Positions 24,501-36,400 of a stretch of DNA of 64,000 nt are shown in pieces. The translations under genes were made by a program, and so were the position numbers. Under the pieces are notes generated by a model. The model was not told the DNA's origin and did not search any database. It saw only the letters and a program-made list of their open reading frames with translations. The stretch is from assembly GCF_009914755.1 (NCBI RefSeq), contig NC_060935.1. The stretch is one strand, 5' to 3'. The DNA comes from the human T2T-CHM13v2.0 reference genome, Homo sapiens. Within the stretch, counting starts at the first letter, position 1; each line of letters starts with the position of its first letter.

Positions 24501-27500
24501 AAATAACTTCATTTAAAAACCAAACGGAAGCATTCACAGACAATTCTTAGTGATCATTGGATTGAACTAACAGAGCTGAACATTCCTTTAGATGGCGCAG
24601 TTTCCAAACACACTTTCTGTAGAATCTGCAAGTGGATATTTGGACCTCTCTGAGGATTTCGTTGGAAACGGGATAAACTTCCCAGAACTACACGGAAGCA
24701 TTCTGAGAAACTTCTTTGTGATGTTTGCATTCAACTCACAGAGTTGAACCTTGCTTTCATAGTTCAGCTTTCAAACACTCTTTTTGTAGAATCTGCAAGT
24801 AGATATTTGGACCACTTTGTGGCCTTCCTTCGAAACGGGTATATCTTCACATCAAACCTAGACAGAAGCATTCTCAGAATGTTTCCTGTGATGACTGCAT
24901 TCAACTCACAGAGGTGAACAATCCTGTTGATGGAGCAGTTTTGAAACTCTCTTTCTTTGGATTCTGCATGTGGATATGTGGACCTCTGTGAAGATTTCGT
25001 TGGAAACGGGTTCATCTTCACAGAAAAACTAAACAGGAGCATTCTCAGAAACTGCTTTGTGATGTTTGTGTTCCACTTCAGGAATTGAACTTTCCTCTTG
25101 ACAGAGTAGCTCTGAAACCCTCTTTTTCTAGAATCTGCAAGTGGACATTTGGAGGGCTTTGAGGCCTGTGGTGGAAAAGGAAAATCTTCACATAAAAACT
25201 AGATGGAAGCATTCTCAGAAACTACTTTGTGATGATTGCATTCGACTCACAGAGTTGAACATTCCTATAGATAGAGCAGGTTGTAAACAATCTTTTTGTA
25301 GAATCTGCGATTGGAGATTTGGACTGCTTTGAGGCCTACTGTAGTAAAGGAAAGAACTTCATCTAAAAACCAAACGGAAGCATTCACAGACAATTTTTAG
25401 TGATGATTTGATTGAACTAATAGAGCTGAACATGCCTTTAGATGGCGCAGTTTCCAAACACACTTTCTGTAGAATCTGCAAGTGGATATTTGGACCTCTC
25501 TGAGGATTTCGTTGGAAACGGGATAAACTTCCCAGAACTACACGGAAGCATTCTGAGAAACTTCTTTGTGATGTTTGCATTCAACTCACAGAGTTGAACC
25601 TTGCTTTCATAGTTCAGCTTTCAAACACTCTTTTTGTAGAATCTGCAAGTGGATATTTGGACCACTTTGTGGCCTTCCTTCGAAACGGGTATATCTTCAC
25701 ATCAAACCTAGACAGAAGCATTCTCAGAATGTTTCCTGTGATGACTGCATTCAACTCACAGAGGTGAACAATCCTGTTGATGGAGCAGTTTTGAAACTGT
25801 CTTTCTTTGCATTCTGCAAGTGGATATGTGGACCTCTGTGAAGATTTCGTTGGAAACGGGTTCATCTTCACAGAAAAACTAAACAGGAGCATTCTCAGAA
25901 ACTGCTTTGTGATATTTGTGTTCCACTTCAGGAATTGAACTTTCCTCTTGACAGAGCAGCTCTGAAACCCTCTTTTTCTAGAATCTGCAAGTGGACATTT
26001 GGAGGGCTTTGAGTCCTGTGGTGGAAAAGGAAAATCTTCACATAAAAACTAGATGGAAGCATTCTCAGAAACTACTTTGTGATGATTGCATTCGACTCAC
26101 AGAGTTGAACATTCCTATAGATAGAGCAGGTTGTAAACAATCTTTTTGTAGAATCTGCGATTGGAGATTTGGACTGCTTTGAGGCCTACTGTAGTAAAGG
26201 AAATAACTTCATCTAAAAACCAAACGGAAGCATTCACAGACAATTCTTAGTGATCATTGGATTGAACTAACAGAGCTGAACATTCCTTGAGATGGAGCAG
26301 TTTCCAAACACACTTTCTGTAGAATCTGCAAGTGGACATTTGGACCTCTCTGAGGATTTCGTTGGAAACGGGATAAACTTCCCAGAACTACACGGAAGCA
26401 TTCTGAGAAACTTCTTTGTGATGTTTGCATTCAACTCACAGAGTTGAACCTTGCTTTCATAGTTCAGCTTTCAAACACTCTTTTTGTACAATCTGCAAGT
26501 GGATATTTGGACCACTTTGTGGCCTTCCTTCGAAACGGGTATATCTTCACATCAAACCTAGACAGAAGCATTCTCAGAATGTTTCCTGTGATGACTGCAT
26601 TCAACTCACAGAGGTGAACAATCCTGCTGATGGAGCAGTTTTGAAACTCTCTTTCTTTGGATTCTGCAAGTGGATATGTGGACCTCTGTGAAGATTTCGT
26701 TGGAAACGGGTTCATCTTCACAGAAAAACTAAACAGGAGCATTCTCAGAAACTGCTTTGTGATGTTTGTGTTCCACTTCAGGAATTGAACTTTCCTCTTG
26801 ACAGAGCAGCTCTGAAACCCTCTTTTCTAGAATCTGCAAGTGGACATTTGGAGGGCTTTGAGGCCTGTGGTGGAAAAGGAAAATCTTCACATAAAAACTA
26901 GATGGAAGCATTCTCAGAAACTACTTTGTGATGATTGCATTCGACTCACAGAGTTGAACATTCCTATAGATAGAGCAGGTTGTAAACAATCTTTTCGTAG
27001 AATCTGCGATTGGAGATTTGGACTGCTTTGAGGCCTACTGTAGTAAAGGAAATAACTTCATCTAAAAACCAAACGGAAGCATTCACAGACAATTCTTAGT
27101 GATCATTGGATTGAACTAACAGAGCTGAACATTCCTTTAGATGGAGCAGTTTCCAAACACACTTTCTGTAGAATCTGCCAGTGGATATTTTGACCTCTCT
27201 GAGGATTTCGTTGGAAAAGGGATAAACTTCCCAAAACTACACGGAAGCATTCTGAGAAACTTCTTTGTGATGTTTGCATTCAACTCACAGGGTTGAAACT
27301 TGCTTTCATAGTTCAGCTTTCAAACACTCTTTTTGTAGAATCTGCAAGTGGATATTTGGACCACTTTGTGGCCTTCCTTCGAAACGGGTATATCTTCACA
27401 TCAAACCTAGACAGAAGCATTCTCAGAATGTTTCCTGTGATGACTGCATTCAACACACAGAGATGAACAATCCTGCTGATGGAGCAGTTTTGAAACTCTC

Positions 27501-30500
27501 TTTCTTTGGATTCTGCAAGTGGATATGTGGACCTCTGTGAGGATTTCGTTGGAAACGGGTTCATCTTCACAGAAAAACTAAACAGAAGCATTCTCAGAAA
27601 CTGCTTTGTGATGGTTGTGTTCCACTTCAAGAATTGAACTTTCCTCTTGACAGAGCAGCTCTGAAACCCTCTTTTTCTAGAATCTGCAAGTGGACATTTG
27701 GAGGGCTTTGAGGCCTGTGGTGGAAAAGGAAAATCTTCACATAAAAACTAGATGGAAGCATTCTCAGAAACTACTTTGTGATGATTGCATTCGACTCACA
27801 GAGTTGAACATTCCTATAGATAGAGCAGGTTGTAAACAATCTTTTTGTAGAATCTGCGATTGGAGATTTGGACTGCTTTGAGGCCTACTGTAGTAAAGGA
27901 AAGAACTTCATCTAAAAACCAAAAGGAAGCATTCACAGCCAATTCTTAGTGATCATTGGATTGAACTAACAGAGCTGAACATTCCTTTAGATGGCGCAGT
28001 TTAAAAACACACTTTCTGTAGAATCTGCAAGTGGATATTTGGACCTCTCTGAGGATTTCGTTGGAAACGGGATAAAATTCCCAGAACTACACGGAAGCAT
28101 TCTGAGAAACTTCTTTGTGATGTTTGCATTCAACTCACAGAGTTGAACATGGTTTCATAGTTCAGCTTTCAAACACTCTTTTTGTAGAATCTGCAAGTGG
28201 ATATTTGGACCACTTTGTGGCCTTCCTTCGAAACGGGTATATCTTCACATCAAACCTAGACAGAAGCATTCTCAGAATGTTTCCTGTGATGACTGCATTC
28301 AACTCACAGAGGTGAACAATCCTGCTGATGGAGCAGTTTTGAAACTCTCTTTCTTTGGATTCTGCAAGTGGATATGTGGACCTCTGTGAAGATTTCGTTG
28401 GAAAAGTGTTCATCTTCACAGAAAAACTAAACAGGAGCATTCTCAGAAACTGCTTTGTGATGTTTGTGTTCCACTTCAGGAATTGAACTTTCCTCTTGAC
28501 AGAGCAGCTCTGAAACCCTCTTTTTCTAGAATCTGCAAGTGGACATTTGGAGGGCTTTGAGTCCTGTGGTGGAAAAGGAAAATCTTCACATAAAAGCTAG
28601 ATGGAAGCATTCTCAGAAACTACTTTGTGATGATTGCATTCGACTCACAGAGTTGAACATTCCTATAGATAGAGCAGGTTGTAAACAATCTTTTTGTAGA
28701 ATCTGCGATTGGAGATTTGGACTGCTTTGAGGCCTACTGTAGTAAAGGAAATAACTTCATCTAAAAACCAAACGGAAGCATTCACAGACAATTCTTAGTG
28801 ATCATTGGATTGAACTAACAGAGCTGAACATTCCTTTAGATGGAGCAGTTTCCAAACACACTTTCTGTAGAATCTGCAAGTGGACATTTGGACCTCTCTG
28901 AGGATTTCGTTGGAAACGGGATAAACTTCCCAGAACTACACGGAAGCATTCTGAGAAACTTCTTTGTGATGTTTGCATTCAACTCACAGAGTTGAACCTT
29001 GCTTTCATAGTTCAGCTTTCAAACACTCTTTTTGTACAATCTGCAAGTGGATATTTGGACCACTTTGTGGCCTTCCTTCGAAACGGGTATATCTTCACAT
29101 CAAACCTAGACAGAAGCATTCTCAGAATGTTTCCTGTGATGACTGCATTCAACTCACAGAGGTGAACAATCCTGCTGATGGAGCAGTTTTGAAACTCTCT
29201 TTCTTTGGATTCTGCAAGTGGATATGTGGACCTCTGTGAAGATTTCGTTGGAAACGGGTTCATCTTCACAGAAAAACTAAACAGGAGCATTCTCAGAAAC
29301 TGCTTTGTGATGTTTGTGTTCCACTTCAGGAATTGAACTTTCCTCTTGACAGAGCAGCTCTGAAACCCTCTTTTCTAGAATCTGCAAGTGGACATTTGGA
29401 GGGCTTTGAGGCCTGTGGTGGAAAAGGAAAATCTTCACATAAAAACTAGATGGAAGCATTCTCAGAAACTACTTTGTGATGATTGCATTCGACTCACAGA
29501 GTTGAACATTCCTATAGATAGAGCAGGTTGTAAACAATCTTTTCGTAGAATCTGAGATTGGAGATTTGGACTGCTTTGAGGCCTACTGTAGTAAAGGAAA
29601 TAACTTCATCTAAAAACCAAACGGAAACATTCACGGACAATTCTTAGTGATCATTGGATTGAACTAACAGAGCTGAACATTCCTGTAGATGGAGCAGTTT
29701 CCAAACACACTTTCTGTAGAATCTGCAAGTGGATATTTGGACCTCTGTGAGGATTTCGTTGGAAACGGGATAAACTTCCCAGAACTACACGGAAGCATTC
29801 GGAGAAACTTCTTTGTGATATTTGCATTCAACTCACAGAGTTGAACCTTGCTTTCATAGTTCAGCTTTCAAACACTCTTTTTGTAGAATCTGCAAGTGGA
29901 TATTTGGACCACTTTGTGGCCTTCCTTCGAAACGGGTATATCTTCACATCAAACCTAGATAGAAGCATTCTCAGAATGTTTCCTGTGATGACTGCATTCA
30001 ACTCACAGAGGTGAACAATCCTGCTGATGGAGCAGTTTTGAAACTCTCTTTCTTTGGATTTTGCAAGTGGATATGTGGACCTCTGTGAAGATTTCGTTGG
30101 AAACGGGTTCATCTTCACAGAAAAACTAAACAGGAGCATTCTCAGAAACTGCTTTGGGATGTTTGTGTTCCACTTCAGGAATTGAACTTTCCTCTTGACA
30201 GAGCAGCTCTGAAACCCTCTTTTTCTAGAATCTGCAAGTGGACATTTGGAGGGCTTTGAGTCCTGTGGTGGAAAAGGAAAATCTTCACATAAAAACTAGA
30301 TGGAAGCATTCTCACAAACTACTTTGTGATGATTGCATTCGACTCACAGAGTTGAACATTCCTATAGATAGAGCAGGTTGTAAACAATCTTTTTGTAGAA
30401 TCTGCGATTGGAGATTTGGACTGCTTTGAGGCCTACTGTAGTAAAGGAAATAACTTCATCTGAAAACCAAACGGAAGCATTCACAGACAATTCTTAGTGA

Positions 30501-33419
30501 TCATTGGATTGAACTAACAGAGCTGAACATTCCTTTAGATGGCGCAGTTTCCAAACACACTTTCTGTAGAATCTGCCACTGGATATTTGGACCTCTCTGA
30601 GGATTTCGTTGGAAATGGGATAAACATCCCAGAACTACACGGAAGCATTCTGAGAAACTTCTTTGTGATGTTTGCATTCAACTCACAGAGTTGAACCTTG
30701 CTTTCATAGTTCAGCTTTCAAACACTCTTTTTGTAGAATCTGCAAGTGGATATTTGGACCACTTTGTGGCCTTCCTTCGAAACGGGTATATCTTCACATC
30801 AAACCTAGACAGAAGCATTCTCAGAATGTTTCCTGTGATGACTGCATTCAACTCACAGAGGTGAACAATCCTGCTGATGGAGCAGTTTTGAAACTCTCTT
30901 TCTTTGGATTCTGCAAGTGGATATGTGGACCTCTGTGAAGATTTCGTTGGAAACGGGTTCATCTTCACAGAAAAACTAAACAGGAGCATTCTCAGAAACT
31001 GCTTTGTGATGTTTGTGTTCCACTTCAGGAATTGAACTTTCCTCTTGACAGTGCAGCTCTGAAACCCTCTTTTTCTAGAATCTGCAAGTGGACATTTGGA
31101 GGGCTTTGAGGCCTGTGGTGGAAAAGGAAAATCTTCACATAAAAACTAGATGGAAGCATTCTCAGAAACTACTTTGTGATGATTGCATTCGACTCACAGA
31201 GTTGAACATTCCTATAGATAGAGCAGGTTGTAAACAATCTTTTTGTAGAATCTGCGATTGGAGATTTGGACTGCTTTGAGGCCTACTGTAGTAAAGGAAA
31301 TAACTTCATCTAAAAACCAAACAGAAGCATTCACAGACAATTCTTAGTGATCATTGGATTGAACTAACAGAGCTGAACATTCCTTTAGATGGCGCAGATT
31401 CCAAACACACTTTCTGTAGAATCTGCAAGTGGATATTTGGACCTCTCTGAGGATTTCGTTGGAAACGGGATAAACTTCCCAGAACTACACGAAAGCATTC
31501 TGAGAAACTTCTTTGTGATGTTTGCATTCAACTCACAGACTTGAACCTTGCTTTCATAGTTCAGCTTTCAAATACTCTTTTTGTAGAATCTGCAAGTGGA
31601 TATTTGGACCACTTTGTGGCCTTCCTTCGAAACGGGTATATCTTCACATCAAACCTAGACAGAAGCATTCTCAGAATGTTTCCTGTGATGACTGCATTCA
31701 ACTCACAGAGGTGAACCATCCTGTTGATGGGGCAGTTTTGAAACTTCCTTTCTTTGGATTGTGCAAGTGGATATGTGGACCTCTGTGAAGATTTCGTTGG
31801 AAACGGGTTCATCTTCACAGAAAAATTAACAGGAGCATTCTCACAAACTGCATTGTGAGGTTTGTGTTCCACTTCAGGAATTGAACTTTCCTCTTGACAG
31901 AGCAGCTCTGAAACCCTCTTTTTCTAGAATCTGCAAGTGGACATTTGGAGGGCTTTGAGGCCTGTGGTGGAAAAGGAAAATCTTCACATAAAAACTAGAT
32001 GGAAGCATTCTCAGAAACTACTTTGTGATGATTGCATTCGACTCACAGAGTTGAACATTCCTATAGATAGAGCAGGTTGTAAACAATCTTTTTGTAGAAT
32101 CTGCGATTGGAGATTTGGACTGCTTTGAGGCCTACTGTAGTAAAGGAAATACCTTCATTTAAAAACCAAACGGAAGCATTCACAGACAATTCTTAGTGAT
32201 CATTGGATTGAACTAACAGAGCTGAACATTCCTTTAGATGGCGCAGTTTCCAAACACACTTTCTGTAGAATCTGCAAGGGGATATTTGGACCTCTCTGAG
32301 GATTTCGTTGGAAACGGGATAAACTTCCCAGAACTACACGGAAGCATTCTGAGAAACTTCTTTGTGATGTTTGCATTCAACTCACAGAGTTGAACCTTGC
32401 TTTCATAGTTCAGCTTTCAAACACTCTTTTTGTAGAATCTGCAAGTAGATATTTGGACCACTTTGTGGCCTTCCTTCGAAATGGGTATATCTTCACATCA
32501 AACCTAGACAGAAGCATTCTCAGAATGTTTCCTGTGATGGCTGCATTCAACTCACAGAGGTGAACAATCCTGTTGATGGAGCAGTTTTGAAACTCTCTTT
32601 CTTTAGATTCTGCATGTGGATATGTGGACCTCTGTGAAGATTTCGTTGGAAACGGGTTCATCTTCACAGAAAAACTAAACAGGAGCATTCTCAGAAACTG
32701 CTTTGTGATGTTTGTGTTCCACTTCAGCAATTGAACTTTCCTCTTGACAGAGTAGCTCTGAAACCCTCTTTTTCTAGAATCTGCAAGTGGACATTTGGAG
32801 GGCTTTGAGGCCTGTGGTGGAAAAGGAAAATCTTCACATAAAAACTAGATGGAAGCATTCTCAGAAACTACTTTGTGATGATTGCATTCGACTCACAGAG
32901 TTGAACATTCCTATAGATAGAGCAGGTTGTAAACAATCTTTTTGTAGAATCTGCGATTGGAGATTTGGACTGCTTTGAGGCCTACTGTAGTAAAGGAAAT
33001 AACTTCATCTAAAAACCAAACGGAAGCATTCACAGACAATTCTTAGTGATCATTTGATTGAACTAACCGAGCTGAACATTCCTTTAGATGGAGCAGTTTC
33101 CAAACACACTTTCTGTAGAATCTGCAAGTGGACATTTGGACCTCTCTGAGGGTTTCGTTGGAAACGGGATAAACTTCCCAGAACTACACGGAAGCATTCT
33201 GAGAAAATTCTTTGTGATGTTTGCATTCAACTCACAGAGTTGAACCTTGCTTTCATAGTTCAGCTTTCAAACACTCTTTTTGTAGAATCTGCAAGTGGAT
33301 ATTCGGACCACTTTGTGGCCTTCCTTCGAAACGGGTATATCTTCACATCAAACCTAGACAGAAGCATTCTCAGAATATTTCCTGTGATGACTGCATTCAA
33401 CTCACAGAGGTGAACAATC

Positions 33420-36400
33420 CTGTTGATGGAGCAGTTTTGAAACTCTCTTTCTTTGGATTCTGCAAGTGGATATGTGGACCTCTGTGAAGATTTCGTTGGA
33501 AACGGGTTCATCTTCACAGAAAAACTAAACAGGAGCATTCTCAGAAACTGCTTTGTGATGTTTGTGTTCCACTTCAAGAATTGAACTTTCCTCTTGACAG
33601 AGCAGCTCTGAAACCCTCTTTTTCTAGAATCTGCAAGTGGACATTTGGAGGGCTTTGAGGCCTGTGGTGGAAAAGGAAAATCTTCACATAAAAACTAGAT
33701 GGAAGCATTCTCAGAAACTACTTTGTGATGATTGCATTCGACCCACAGAGTTGAACATTCCTATAGATAGAGCAGGTTGTAAAGAATCTTTTTGTAGAAT
33801 CTGCGATTGGAGATTTGCACTGCTTTGAGGCCTACTGTAGTAAAGGAAATAACTTCATCTAAAAACCAAACGGAAGCATTCAGAGACAATTCTTAGTGAT
33901 CATTGGATTGAACTAACAGAGCTGAACATGCCTTTAGATGGCGCAGTTTCCAAACACACTTTCTGTAGAATCTGCAAGTGGATATTTGGACCTCTCTGAG
34001 GATTTCGTTGGAAACGGGATAAACTTCCCAGAACTACACGGAAGCATTCCGAGAAACTTCTTTGTGATGTTTGCATTCAACTCACAGAGTTGAACCTTGC
34101 TTTCATAGTTCAGCTTTCAAACACTCTTTTTGTAGAATCTGCAAGTGGATATTTGGACCACTTTGTGGCCTTCCTTCGAAACGGGTATATCTTCACATCA
34201 AACCTAGACAGAAGCATTCTCAGAATGTTTCCTGTGATGACTGCATTCAACTCACAGAGGTGAACAATCCTGTTGATGGAGCAGTTTTGAAACTGTCTTT
34301 CTTTGGATTCTGCAAGTGGATATGTGGACCTCTGTGAAGATTTCGTTGGAAACGGGTTCATCTTCACAGAAAAACTAAACAGGAGCATTCTCAGAAACTG
34401 CTTTGTGATGTTTGTGTTCCACTTCAGGAATTGAACTTTCCTCTTGACAGAGCAGCTCTGAAACCCTCTTTTTCTAGAATCTGCAAGTGGACATTTGGAG
34501 GGCTTTGAGTCCTGTGGTGGAAAAGGAAAATCTTCACATAAAAACTAGATGGAAGCATTCTCAGAAACTACTTTGTGATGATTGCATTCGACTCACGGAG
34601 TTGAACATTCCTATAGATAGAGCAGGTTGTAAACAATCTTTTTGTAGAATCTGCGATTGGAGATTTGGACTGCTTTGAGGCCTACTGTAGTAAAGGAAAT
34701 AACTTCATCTAAAAACCAAACGGAAGCATTCACAGACAATTCTTAGTGATCATTGGATTGAACTAACAGAGCTGAACATTCCTTTAGATGGAGCAGTTTC
34801 CAAACACACTTTCTGTAGAATCTGCAAGTGGACATTTGGACCTCTCTGAGGATTTCGTTGGAAACGGGATAAACTTCCCAGAACTACACGGAAGCATTCT
34901 GAGAAACTTCTTTGTGATGTTTGCATTCAACTCACAGAGTTGAACCTTGCTTTCATAGTTCAGCTTTCAAACACTCTTTTTGTACAATCTGCAAGTGGAT
35001 ATTTGGACCACTTTGTGGCCTTCCTTCGAAACGGGTATATCTTCACATCAAACCTAGACAGAAGCATTCTCAGAATGTTTCCTGTGATGACTGCATTCAA
35101 CTCACAGAGGTGAACAATCCTGCTGATGGAGCAGTTTTGAAACTCTCTTTCTTTGGATTCTGCAAGTGGATATGTGGACCTCTGTGAAGATTTCGTTGGA
35201 AACGGGTTCATCTTCACAGAAAAACTAAACAGGAGCATTCTCAGAAACTGCTTTGTGATGTTTGTGTTCCACTTCAGGAATTGAACTTTCCTCTTGACAG
35301 AGCAGCTCTGAAACCCTCTTTTCTAGAATCTGCAAGTGGACATTTGGAGGGCTTTGAGGCCTGTGGTGGAAAAGGAAAATCTTCACATAAAAACTAGATG
35401 GAAGCATTCTCAGAAACTACTTTGTGATGATTGCATTCGACTCACAGAGTTGAACATTCCTATAGATAGAGCAGGTTGTAAACAATCTTTTCGTAGAATC
35501 TGCGATTGGAGATTTGGACTGCTTTGAGGCCTACTGTAGTAAAGGAAATAACTTCATCTAAAAACCAAACGGAAGCATTCACAGACAATTCTTAGTGATC
35601 ATTGGATTGAACTAACAGAGCTGAACATTCCTTTAGATGGAGCAGTTTCCAAACACACTTTCTGTAGAATCTGCCAGTGGATATTTTGACCTCTCTGAGG
35701 ATTTCGTTGGAAAAGGGATAAACTTCCCAAAACTACACGGAAGCATTCTGAGAAACTTCTTTGTGATGTTTGCATTCAACTCACAGGGTTGAAACTTGCT
35801 TTCATAGTTCAGCTTTCAAACACTCTTTTTGTAGAATCTGCAAGTGGATATTTGGACCACTTTGTGGCCTTCCTTCGAAACGGGTATATCTTCACATCAA
35901 ACCTAGACAGAAGCATTCTCAGAATGTTTCCTGTGATGACTGCATTCAACTCACAGAGGTGAACAATCCTGTTGATGGAGCAGTTTTGAAACTCTCTTTC
36001 TTTGGATTCTGCAAGTGGATATGTGGACCTCTGTGAAGATTTCGTTGGAAACGGGTTCATCTTCACAGAAAAACTAAACAGGAGCATTCTCAGAAACTGC
36101 TTTGTGATGTTTGTGTTCCACTTCAGGAATTGAACTTTCCTCTTGACAGAGCAGCTCTGAAACCCTCTTTTTCTAGAATCTGCAAGTGGACATTTGGAGG
36201 GCTTTGAGGCCTGTGGTGGAAAAGGAAAATCTTCACATAAAAACTAGATGGAAGCATTCTCAGAAACTACTTTGTGATGATTGCATTCGACTCACAGAGT
36301 TGAACATTCCTATAGATAGAGCAGGTTGTAAACAATCTTTTTGTAGAATCTGCGATTGGAGATTTGGACTGCTTTGAGGCGTACTGTAGTAAAGGAAATA

